From contig CAXXLZ010000002.1 in NCBI GenBank assembly GCA_963675595.2, positions 3,008,001 through 3,072,000 on the forward strand: a stretch of DNA of 64,000 bases, written 5' to 3'. The position numbers and the translations under genes were made by a program. The stretch's first letter is position 1. Every line of letters starts with the position of its first letter. Shown here piece after piece: positions 37,278 through 46,316 of this stretch. The notes under the pieces were generated by a model. It worked only from the letters and a program-made list of their open reading frames with translations, was not told where the DNA came from and made no database searches. Source of the DNA: Thermodesulfobacteriota bacterium. Lineage in GTDB: Bacteria; Desulfobacterota; Desulfarculia; JACQYL01.

Positions 37278-37916
37278 GAGTGCCGGCCTTTCGAGGAATT
37301 TCGCTATCGCGAGCGCTTCAAAAAAGAATGTTCCCACAAGAATTCTAGACAAAACAAATCCCACCTCTTTTTGCAACTCGTTTACGAGGTGCGTTGAGGC
37401 TTTTTCCTCACGCCGTTTTAGGCAACCGTGCGGGGGACCGATCGGAAGCTCGCAGCAGGACACACCGGAGACGGGTCCGACCCTAACGTAGGTGAACGGA
37501 ACGGCTCCGACCCTTTTCTTCGAAGGTTCCCCGAACGGGCTTGAAACAAGTCCCACCAAGATTCCAAAAACAAGTATTCCCCAATTTCGATGGTCGCCTT
37601 CTTGTTGGTTTCGAGGGGATACGGAGCTGAAAATGAATGGGTGTTGCATCTTCTTGTTTATCCCTGTTATCCTTTTTCTTTGAGGACTCGTTCATCAGGC
37701 GCATCTTGGACTCGACAAACCTTAACAATAAGGCGGGGGCTTGTTGAAAACCACATCCGTTGACGTGCCCTTTGGGTATGAAGTCGATCCAAGACAACCG
37801 GTTTTCCATCCGGATTCCGCTTCGTTTCCATGGCGCTTACAGGTTCATGGATCAAGAAACCGATCGGATTATCCGGGCCGTTACCCGACGGAAAAGGATT
37901 GAAGGAGGCTGAGCCA

Positions 37917-40775
37917 ATGGGGGGGGTATTTAGAAACAAGCAAGGAAAGTATTTCATCGCCGGGGTTCTGGCAGGCCTACTTATTATCGCGGCGATATCC
38001 ACCGAGTGCCAAGCGGCTCTAAAAGCCAAAAACCTGGATGCATTGATCGAGTCGCACGAATACATCCCGGGGATCGATGCGCTTGCGATTCTCATGGATA
38101 CCTCCATGTCCATGGAAGAGCCCTACCAGGGAGAAAAGAAGATCGCCTACGCCAGGGACTTGGTCAACCGCCTGAATTACACCGTTCCAACCATGAAGCT
38201 TGCCGTGGCCTTGAGGAAATTCGGGTCCGACACCCGCTCGGCGGGCACCGGGAATGCGGCCATATACTCGTCGTCCGGTTTGTCCAAAGAGGAACTGGAA
38301 CGCGTTTTGATGACTCCTAAATGGCCCGGAGGAGACGGGAATCTCTCTTCCTCCATGGCGGTGGCCGCCGAGAAATTCGCTTCGTACAAAAGAACGGCTC
38401 TGATCATCGTGAGTGACGGTCGTCTCAGGGATCCGTCCGCGGTCACGGCCGCAGCGGACCTTAAGACCAAATACGGTGATCGGTTGTGCGTACACGCTCT
38501 TGCCGTGGGAGATGATGTCGCCGGAAAAATGCTGCTTCGAAGCATTGTGGAAAACTTTCCCTGCGGGGTTATGACCAGCGCCGATGAAGCGGCCACTCGG
38601 GACGGCATGGCGGATTTCGTTACGCGTGTGATGTTGACCGAGCCGGTGGACACGGACGGCGACGGCATCACTGATGATCTCGATGATTGTCCCGGCACAC
38701 CCGCGGACTGGCACGTCGACGACAAGGGCTGTCCTCTGGACGGAGACCGGGACGGCGTGTATGACGGCATCGACCGTTGTCCGGGAACTCCTTTGGGCGC
38801 GAAGGTCGACGCCCATGGTTGCCCCACGGACGCCGACGGGGACGGGGTCTTCGATTTCTTCGACATTTGTCCCAATACGCCGGAGGGAGCGCCCGTTGAT
38901 GAAAAAGGCTGTCCCACCGATACCGACAAAGACGGCGTGCCCGATTACCTGGATGATTGTTCCGGCACACCCGCCGGAGTACAGGTGAATGAAAAAGGCT
39001 GCCCGTTTGATAAGGACGGGGACGGCGTTTTCGATTATTTGGACGACTGCCCCTACACGGCGATAGGGATAAAGGTCAACGAACAAGGTTGTCCTCCCGA
39101 CCAGGACAAAGACGGCGTGCCTGATTTCCGTGACGGATGCGCGGATACGCCGTTCGGAATCGCTGTGGACGATAACGGCTGCCCCTTCGATACCGACAAA
39201 GACGGCGTGCCCGATTACCTGGACAAATCCGTCGACACTCCCATCGGTGTTGCGGTGGACGCCTCGGGTTCTCCGCTCGATTCGGATGCCGACGGCGTGC
39301 CGGATCACCTGGACGAATGTGCGGGTACTCCGCCCGGCTTACAGGTGAATTCCAAAGGCTGCCCGCCCGATAAGGACGGAGACGCGGTACCCGATGTTCA
39401 GGACGAGTGTCCCAACACCCCGGAACACGTCCAGGTGGATGCCCGGGGTTGTCCTCTTGACTCCGACAAGGACGGGGTGGCCGATTACCTGGACCGCTGC
39501 CCCAACACACCGACGGAAATTCCGGCCGACGACAAAGGCTGTCCCGCCGATGCGGACGGCGATGGTGTTCCGGACTACCTGGATCAGTGTCCCAACACAC
39601 CCACCGGGCTCCAGGTCGAAGCCTCGGGATGCCCGCTGGATTCCGACCAGGACGGCGTTTATAACTACGTGGACGATTGTCCCGAAACACCTAAAGGAGT
39701 GCCCGTCAACGCCTTCGGGTGTCCCACGGACTCCGACCGGGACGGAGTCCCCGACTACCTGGATCGTTGCCCGGGAACGCCTTCGGGTTTCGTGGTTGAT
39801 TCCCGGGGTTGCGCCAGGGATTCCGATTCGGACGGCGTTTATGATCCCTTGGACGCCTGCCCGGAAACCCCCCGCGGAATTAAAGTGGATGCCACCGGAT
39901 GTCCTTCCGATTCGGATAAGGACGGAGTCTATGACTATTTGGACAAGTGCCCGGAGACGCCCAAAGGAGTTCGGATCGATGAGATGGGATGCCCCAAGGA
40001 CTCCGACGGCGACCAGGTTCCGGACTATCTGGACAACTGCCCCGAAACCAAAGCCGGTATGACCGTGGACCAGCATGGATGCCCCCCCGATGCCGATGGT
40101 GACGGTGTGCCGGATTCCCTGGACAAATGTCCCGACAGCCCCAAAGGCGCACGTGTGGACGCCCGAGGATGCGCCTACGATTCGGACGGGGATGGTGTGG
40201 CGGACTACAAGGACGATTGCCCGAACACGCCCGAGGGTGAGAACGTGGACAACCGGGGCTGCCCGTATGACGGAGACGGAGACGGGGTGGCCGACTATCT
40301 TGACCGGTGTCCCGGAACCGCCGCCAACGTCCGTGTGGACGATCACGGCTGCCCCAAGGACTCGGATGGAGACGGGGTCACGGACGATCGAGACCGGTGT
40401 CTCGGAACACCCAAGGGCGCCCAGGTCAACGACAAGGGTTGTTGGGCCCTGAGCGGAGTCCACTTCGGCTCCGGACGTTGGATGGTCAAAGGAGGAGCGG
40501 AAGGCTTCCTTGATCACGTGGCCGAGGTCCTCGAGAAGAATCCGTCCCTGAAAGTGGAAATTCAAGGACACACGGACAATCGAGGGTCCGGCAGCTTCAA
40601 CCGGGAGCTTTCCTGGAAGCGGGCTTTGGCGGTGCAGGAATATCTTGCGGAAAAGGGAATCGACAAGGACAGGATTCCCGCCGTGGGATTGGGATCGGAA
40701 CAGCCCATCGACTCCAATGACTCGGAGGAAGGCAGGGCCAATAATCGACGGGTTGAATTTCAGCCGATCAACTAG
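37917..40775 (+). CDS. VWA + 20 thrombospondin type-3-like repeats + OmpA-like peptidoglycan-binding protein
   Basis: ATG 37917 after AAGGAGG; signal peptide; MIDAS DTSMS..SDG; 20 x 30-aa repeats; C-terminal GHTD..N..LS.KRA..NRRVE. Confidence 0.9.
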   Translation: MGGVFRNKQGKYFIAGVLAGLLIIAAISTECQAALKAKNLDALIESHEYIPGIDALAILMDTSMSMEEPYQGEKKIAYARDLVNRLNYTVPTMKLAVALRKFGSDTRSAGTGNAAIYSSSGLSKEELERVLMTPKWPGGDGNLSSSMAVAAEKFASYKRTALIIVSDGRLRDPSAVTAAADLKTKYGDRLCVHALAVGDDVAGKMLLRSIVENFPCGVMTSADEAATRDGMADFVTRVMLTEPVDTDGDGITDDLDDCPGTPADWHVDDKGCPLDGDRDGVYDGIDRCPGTPLGAKVDAHGCPTDADGDGVFDFFDICPNTPEGAPVDEKGCPTDTDKDGVPDYLDDCSGTPAGVQVNEKGCPFDKDGDGVFDYLDDCPYTAIGIKVNEQGCPPDQDKDGVPDFRDGCADTPFGIAVDDNGCPFDTDKDGVPDYLDKSVDTPIGVAVDASGSPLDSDADGVPDHLDECAGTPPGLQVNSKGCPPDKDGDAVPDVQDECPNTPEHVQVDARGCPLDSDKDGVADYLDRCPNTPTEIPADDKGCPADADGDGVPDYLDQCPNTPTGLQVEASGCPLDSDQDGVYNYVDDCPETPKGVPVNAFGCPTDSDRDGVPDYLDRCPGTPSGFVVDSRGCARDSDSDGVYDPLDACPETPRGIKVDATGCPSDSDKDGVYDYLDKCPETPKGVRIDEMGCPKDSDGDQVPDYLDNCPETKAGMTVDQHGCPPDADGDGVPDSLDKCPDSPKGARVDARGCAYDSDGDGVADYKDDCPNTPEGENVDNRGCPYDGDGDGVADYLDRCPGTAANVRVDDHGCPKDSDGDGVTDDRDRCLGTPKGAQVNDKGCWALSGVHFGSGRWMVKGGAEGFLDHVAEVLEKNPSLKVEIQGHTDNRGSGSFNRELSWKRALAVQEYLAEKGIDKDRIPAVGLGSEQPIDSNDSEEGRANNRRVEFQPIN
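38649..40448 (+). repeat. Intragenic tandem array of 20 x 90-bp (30-aa) TSP3-like units
   Basis: Unit DxDxDGVxDxxDxCPxTPxGxxVDxxGCPx counted 20 times over exactly 1800 bp; diverged at synonymous sites. Confidence 0.9.
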
Positions 40776-40862
40776 ACCGGGATACCGGCCTGATGGCCGG
40801 TCCGGAGTTCCGTCGCCGGGGGAACGAGGATCAGGTTCCCCCGGCGATTCGAAGAAGCGGTT

Positions 40863-41642
40863 TCATTCGTCTTGGGGACCCCACGGCGGGTATAGCGACG
40901 CGCAGAGCCTCCCGTAGACGAGATCCATGATGGGTTGGAGATTCACCGTGTCTTCCCGATTGTAGCGAACCAGGAGTTCCAGGGCCCGGGTTTCTCCATC
41001 CAGGTATGCCGCCCACAAGCGCACGGCGTCGAAACCGTTCATTTCTCGCACGGAACTCGGTCGTTCCATGCCGAGGTGCTTTTCTACGCGCTTGAGCCCT
41101 CCTTTGAGTCCGGCTTTTCGGCAGGCGTGCATGAGGTCGATGTGGGCGGCCTCCACCCGAAAGCCGGGGAAACAACGTTCAAGCACCGGAACATCGAAAG
41201 ACATTCCGTTGAACGTGATCAGGAGGTCGAACCGCTTCATCACGTCCTGAAACTTTTCGAGATTCCTCCCCTGAATAAACGGCCTGTAACAAGAGCCGTC
41301 GTAGGTCCCCACCACCGTGACCTCTTCCTGAAATTCCCCCATGGAATAAGTCTCGATGTCCAGGAAGCACCTCTCTCGAAAGGCGCCGTATAAACGCCAA
41401 AGGCCCTTCTTGCGAAGAAGACCGGCAAAATAGGACGGATTATCCCTTTGCGCGAGACACTCCTCCAGGTATGGCGCGTATCTCCTGTGAATGGACGGAG
41501 AGAGCAGCCGACCCCCCTTGCCCAGAAAATCCCGCCAAGTTCGGATGCCCAGATTCCAGTACTGTCGTTCCTTGAATTCTCCAATGCCCGGAAGCATAAC
41601 GAAGGTTCTTTCCAGAAGGGGCGTTTCTTCACGGAAATTCAT
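40863..41642 (-). CDS. RNase H-like (YprB/RNase_H_2) exonuclease with N-terminal HhH
   Basis: LPGIG, FLDIET, TFNGMSFD, HIDL, GGLK, YNRED. Confidence 0.82.
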   Translation of the reverse strand: MNFREETPLLERTFVMLPGIGEFKERQYWNLGIRTWRDFLGKGGRLLSPSIHRRYAPYLEECLAQRDNPSYFAGLLRKKGLWRLYGAFRERCFLDIETYSMGEFQEEVTVVGTYDGSCYRPFIQGRNLEKFQDVMKRFDLLITFNGMSFDVPVLERCFPGFRVEAAHIDLMHACRKAGLKGGLKRVEKHLGMERPSSVREMNGFDAVRLWAAYLDGETRALELLVRYNREDTVNLQPIMDLVYGRLCASLYPPWGPQDE

Positions 41643-41675
41643 AGACGCAACCTGACCGAGCCTGCAGACGGAACG

Positions 41676-41703
41676 AAAAAAAGGTGAGGCCGGAGCCTCA
41701 CCT
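41676..41703 (-). terminator. Intrinsic terminator of the acs operon
   Basis: Minus strand AGGTGAGGC-TCCG-GCCTCACCT-TTTTTT, 28 bp after the acsE stop. Confidence 0.85.
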
Positions 41704-41731
41704 CGTGATTCTTGGCAACCCGACCGTGGAT

Positions 41732-42613
41732 TTAGATATCCAGGTACGAGTCGGAGTACAAGGAATGCCCCATGATGACGCGAGCCGTCTTGTAGAATTC
41801 AAGCTGCTCTTTGTCCAACTTCGCGGGATCCATATCTTCCCCGTCCATGACCTTGTGGACGACTTCCACCAACTCCGGACGCTTACCCCAAGCGATCTGG
41901 TGCAGTCTTTCGTCGAAGGAATCCACGATGCAGGAGTACATGCCTTTTCTCTCCAGCATGATCATATAGGTCTGATTCAGGATCGGGCGAAGGTGTTCCG
42001 GAGGACCGTTGGACACATTGGAGAGTCCACAGGTCGACCTCGCACCGGGAGCGATGTCGTCCAGCATTTCCTGGAAGGCCAACAGGCTCATGCACTGCTG
42101 CTGCTGGATGTTGACGGGAGTGACGATTCCGTCCACGTAGATCTTCTCATTGGGGATGCCGGCCTCGTTCATGGCGTACACAAGCTCCACCACCAAAGCG
42201 GCCCGTTCGTTCTCGTCCCTCGGCAGGCCTTCGGGTCCCCACATGAGGGCGACCACGTCGGCGTTGTACTTGGCCGCTATGGGGATCATGGCTTCGTAGC
42301 GTTCCGGACGGCACATGATGGAATTCACCAGAGCCGTGCCTTTGTGAACTTGAAGACCCGCTTCCATGGCGGCGATGTTGGACGTGTCCAGTGCGAGAGG
42401 CACATCCGAGACCACTTCCTGGATCGTTTCCACCACCCAGGCCATCAGCTCATCGCCTTGTTTTCTGGCGGGGCCGAGGTTCACGTCGATCCAATCGTCC
42501 CCGGCCTTTTTCTGGGCCAGAGCCATCTCCTGGATCGGCTTCGGGTCGCGCTCTTTGAAGGCCTTCCCGATAACCTTGCTGATTACATTAAGGTTTTCGC
42601 CGATGAGTTTCAT
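41732..42613 (-). CDS. acsE: Methyltetrahydrofolate:corrinoid Fe-S protein methyltransferase
   Basis: LIGENLN, IDVNLG, LDT, VNS, GLSNVS pterin-binding motifs; position in the acs operon. Confidence 0.88.
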   Translation of the reverse strand: MKLIGENLNVISKVIGKAFKERDPKPIQEMALAQKKAGDDWIDVNLGPARKQGDELMAWVVETIQEVVSDVPLALDTSNIAAMEAGLQVHKGTALVNSIMCRPERYEAMIPIAAKYNADVVALMWGPEGLPRDENERAALVVELVYAMNEAGIPNEKIYVDGIVTPVNIQQQQCMSLLAFQEMLDDIAPGARSTCGLSNVSNGPPEHLRPILNQTYMIMLERKGMYSCIVDSFDERLHQIAWGKRPELVEVVHKVMDGEDMDPAKLDKEQLEFYKTARVIMGHSLYSDSYLDI

Positions 42614-42630
42614 TCTCCCCTCCTCTGTCT

Positions 42631-43980
42631 CTATTCAGGCTTCCATTCCTTGAGAAATTTGGGCAGGTGAGCTGCTTCCCTGGGTCCGATGAGCACCTTC
42701 CAATCGGGGAGCTCTTCTTCCATGTCGCCGCTGATGGCCGCGGCATACCCGGGAATAATGATGTTTCTGTGGGAAATCTTGTCGGTGATCCCGCACTTCT
42801 TGATATACGCCCCCACCATATCGCCCGAGAACTTGCCGGCGGCCCAGGCGGTCATGACGGAGAGACCTTCCGCATCCACGATGATTACCCAAGAGGGGAC
42901 GCGGCTGGCTTCGATTTCTCCGGTCACGATGAAGTACGTGAGTGAGAAGTTGGTGGTAACCATCACCGGCGAATTCTGATCCGGGTTGTTGATTTCGTAG
43001 ATTCCCGGTACCACGGTCATGGGCCGCTGCGGGTCGGTGTAAATGTTGAGCCGTTCCAGAAGCAGAGGGAATACGGTTTCGCCTTCGAAATCGGACATCA
43101 CGATGATGCCGCCGTATTTGGCCACCAACATGCCCGCAATGAGCGTTTCCATCTGAAGGTCCGCCGCCATTTCGCAGGGGAAGCAAATGGTTGGAAAACC
43201 CACTTCGCGATTCTGCTTCAACAGAGCGGCCCGACGGAGACCCATCTGATCTTCAAACAATTGCTTGACCGAACGGGCTCCCGAATCCATGACGATTTCC
43301 TTCAACCCCGCTTCGACGGCTTTGGCGGTCAGGGCTGTAAGGCCCTCGGCGGTATCGGCCTTGACGGCCAACGGAAATCCGCTTTCTTTCGCCAACGCTA
43401 CAACATCGTCCACGTTGTCTTTGGTCGCCGCATAGATCAGGGGATTCTTGCCTTCGGACACACCCACTCCGGCCTTCAGCACGTCTACGCTGTCACTCAT
43501 GAGCACGAGGCCGAAATCGGACACATCATAGATGCTCTTGGCCACTGCGGCAAAACGTTCCGCGTTTCCGTCCATGTCCTTCAAAGCGATCAGTTCGGGA
43601 CGGAGCATTACGCCCACGCGTTCATAATTGAAAGTATTCCATTTTCTCAACTTGGCGTCGATCACGTCGTCCGCCATATCCGTGGTGATCACTCCGGCGA
43701 ATCCGGGAGGTCCGTAAAAGGTCTTTTCATGCCTGAAAAGAACCGTTTCTCCGCCGATACTGACCTTTCTCGCCCCATATCCGATCTTCACCGGACGAAT
43801 GGGAGGGGCGGAGGCCTCGGCCAGCTTTTCTCTGGCCTCGTCGGACACGTAGGGACAAGCGTCCAAGTCGGCCTTTCCCGAGGCAAGATTCATTGCAAAA
43901 GCCAGGCAGGTGGGGACCCCGCACTCCTTGCAATTCGTCTTGGGAAGCAATTTAAAAATCTGAATTCCTGTCAATGCCAT
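42631..43980 (-). CDS. acsC: Corrinoid Fe-S protein large (gamma) subunit
   Basis: LPKTNCKECGVPTCLAFA..CP 4Fe-4S motif, NIYTDPQRP, TTNFSLTY, AWAAGKF. Confidence 0.95.
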   Translation of the reverse strand: MALTGIQIFKLLPKTNCKECGVPTCLAFAMNLASGKADLDACPYVSDEAREKLAEASAPPIRPVKIGYGARKVSIGGETVLFRHEKTFYGPPGFAGVITTDMADDVIDAKLRKWNTFNYERVGVMLRPELIALKDMDGNAERFAAVAKSIYDVSDFGLVLMSDSVDVLKAGVGVSEGKNPLIYAATKDNVDDVVALAKESGFPLAVKADTAEGLTALTAKAVEAGLKEIVMDSGARSVKQLFEDQMGLRRAALLKQNREVGFPTICFPCEMAADLQMETLIAGMLVAKYGGIIVMSDFEGETVFPLLLERLNIYTDPQRPMTVVPGIYEINNPDQNSPVMVTTNFSLTYFIVTGEIEASRVPSWVIIVDAEGLSVMTAWAAGKFSGDMVGAYIKKCGITDKISHRNIIIPGYAAAISGDMEEELPDWKVLIGPREAAHLPKFLKEWKPE

Positions 43981-44058
43981 GTTCGTCTCCTTAGCTCTTT
44001 CCGGATCCTCCCCCGATCAGGGGGAGGATATATCAACCAGCGATCATGAGAAGCGGGT

Positions 44059-46272
44059 CTAGCCGACAATGGGGTCCATCTTCAGCGCGGGATGTCCCAC
44101 CTTCTCGAGCCACGGATAGATTTCTTCTTCCGTCACACCCACAGTCTCATCGGCGATCAAGTCGATGAGGTTGGGAACTCCGAGTTCTTCTCCACGCCTC
44201 AGGAGACGATCCCGAATCTCTTCCTTCAAAGACTTGGGCATCCAGACCATCCGTAGGAGTCCGCCGTCACCCGCGATGAATTTTCTCTGGGTGATGTTGA
44301 ACTTGCTGTGACCCACGAATCCGGGGCTGGAAGCGCCGCCGCCCATGACGCCGGCCAACGTGGTGAACTTCATTCCGCTGGGAGTCATGCCGGTGTAATC
44401 CCTGTGTACGGTCATAATGCCGTTGCACATGGGCAGAACGGCCGCGATGGCCTCGCAGCAGCCGCAGGTGGTCATGGGTTCGTATACCAGGCTGTAGAAG
44501 TTGTAGCTCTGCACGGCACCGCGGCTCGCCTTCTGCACGAACTCGTTGACGCCCTTCCACTGGCCCAGGACCGTATCCAAACATTCGCCCTTTTCGATGG
44601 GCTGGTTCGGACCGGTGGGATTGATTTCATAAGAAGCCTTGCAGTCCATCCAATTGTACGCTCCGCAAAGACCCGTTCGTTCCGGGCTCACGGTGCACAC
44701 ATGGTTGGGAGCAAATGACTGGCAAAGAGTGCAGGAGTAGAAGATTTCGACGCTCTCGTCGGTCATCTTCTCGACGCGTTCGTCGCGATGTTTGTATTCG
44801 CCCCTGGCCCTTACCGTCAGTTTATCCACGTCTTCCTTCTTGGTGTACAGGGTCACTTCCACCTTATCCAAAATGGAGCCGAAGTCCTGATGCAGTTTGG
44901 CATGCAGGATGATTCCCAAATGCTCCAGGGTAAAGCCCTTTTCTATGGCCCCTTCACCGACTCGAATCCATGCAATGTCGCGCTGTCCGATATGCATCAA
45001 GCCTTGCGCATAGTTGATCAGGTGGTGAATCTGACGTTCGAGAATCGGCTCGAAGTCTTCCTGCATTTCACGCCCGGCCACCTGCACATAAATGCCCAGG
45101 GGAAGCCTGTCGCCTTTCTTGATGTCCTTGACGTTGGGACCGACCACCGTGACTTTGCCGTCCTCGATTTGGCCCATGTCCGCCATTTTCACCAACTCGG
45201 TCGCCTGAGTCTTGCCGCCGCCCATTTCCATGTACAGGTCGTCCTTGCGAACGCGCTCACCTTCGAAGGCCGGACCGTAAGCCAACGGGATGTCCACTTT
45301 GGCCACGGTAACCTTCAGACCGCGAACCTCGATGGACCGCTGCGGCATATCCTTGTGATCCACATTGGCCACCACGTGTTCGTAAGTACAAACACCGGTG
45401 GGCAGAATTTCGGGAACGTCCGTGTCCGCCAGGGTCGGGAAACCCCAGTTGACACATCCGGCCGCGTTGGCGGCCCATTCGGCGTTCACCTCGCCCAGCG
45501 CGTTGACGAAAGCGAAGATGCGGTCTTTATTGTAATGCAACATGCGCTTATAATCGCCGGGTTTGATACCACCGAACGCCATGGCGGCGCGGTTGGCGAA
45601 TCCGAGAGCGAACACCGCCGCGGAGATGTCGGGCCCAAAAGGCACCAAACGAGTACCCCAGCCGATCTGAACTCCGGCCTCCATGAGCTGTTGCGCGAAC
45701 GTGGTTCCATTCTGGTTCGCGCACATGAACACGTACAACATCTTTTTCTGGTATTCTTCAGCGATCCACTTGGCCGTCTCCGCATCGGGAGCCGCGCCTA
45801 CGATGGCCGCAAAACCGGGCGCCGTGCCGTCCACGAACTCCACGCCGCGTTTGCGGAAGATGGTGTCTTCAGCCGCGCCCAGCCAGATCTTCCCGTTTTC
45901 TTCGTCAATATCCTCTCCCACCACGTAGAAATCGGGATCGTCCACGTAACGGATGGCTTCCACGATTTCTTCGGCGAACAGAGCGGCCATACCGGCATCC
46001 AGCAACGGCCCAAGGTAAGGCAGATGATTCACACCCTTCATGTGGGCAGGCAGAAGCTTCTTGGCCACTCCCAGGGGCTGAGCGGCTTCTCCCAGGGTTT
46101 TCACCGGGATGCCGAGCAGGGAATAGATGATGGGCAGATAGTAAGCGGTATTAGGGAATTCCAGTTTCTGATCCGGTCCGTACTGCTCAATGGCCCGCTT
46201 CAGCGTGCCTTCAGCCTTCGAGACGATATTGTAGGCCCCTTGAATCGCGGCAAACGCTACCAATCTGGACAT
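44059..46272 (-). CDS. acsB: Acetyl-CoA synthase (A-cluster subunit)
   Basis: FPNTAYYLP, YSCTLCQSFAPNHVC..ERTGLCG, TTCGCCE. Confidence 0.95.
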   Translation of the reverse strand: MSRLVAFAAIQGAYNIVSKAEGTLKRAIEQYGPDQKLEFPNTAYYLPIIYSLLGIPVKTLGEAAQPLGVAKKLLPAHMKGVNHLPYLGPLLDAGMAALFAEEIVEAIRYVDDPDFYVVGEDIDEENGKIWLGAAEDTIFRKRGVEFVDGTAPGFAAIVGAAPDAETAKWIAEEYQKKMLYVFMCANQNGTTFAQQLMEAGVQIGWGTRLVPFGPDISAAVFALGFANRAAMAFGGIKPGDYKRMLHYNKDRIFAFVNALGEVNAEWAANAAGCVNWGFPTLADTDVPEILPTGVCTYEHVVANVDHKDMPQRSIEVRGLKVTVAKVDIPLAYGPAFEGERVRKDDLYMEMGGGKTQATELVKMADMGQIEDGKVTVVGPNVKDIKKGDRLPLGIYVQVAGREMQEDFEPILERQIHHLINYAQGLMHIGQRDIAWIRVGEGAIEKGFTLEHLGIILHAKLHQDFGSILDKVEVTLYTKKEDVDKLTVRARGEYKHRDERVEKMTDESVEIFYSCTLCQSFAPNHVCTVSPERTGLCGAYNWMDCKASYEINPTGPNQPIEKGECLDTVLGQWKGVNEFVQKASRGAVQSYNFYSLVYEPMTTCGCCEAIAAVLPMCNGIMTVHRDYTGMTPSGMKFTTLAGVMGGGASSPGFVGHSKFNITQRKFIAGDGGLLRMVWMPKSLKEEIRDRLLRRGEELGVPNLIDLIADETVGVTEEEIYPWLEKVGHPALKMDPIVG

Positions 46273-46316
46273 AAAGGTTCTCCTTTTTTATTGAAGTTTT
46301 CGTAACCCGATTGGGA

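Noticed and set aside
37278-37916. Short ORFs between hypA and the OmpA gene
   Set aside because: Overlapping, motif-free and without SD; more consistent with a divergent promoter region.
38649-40448. Periodic 90-bp pattern as a CRISPR array or DGR-like repeat
   Set aside because: In-frame coding repeats that vary mainly at synonymous sites; no constant repeat/unique spacer structure and no cas or RT gene.
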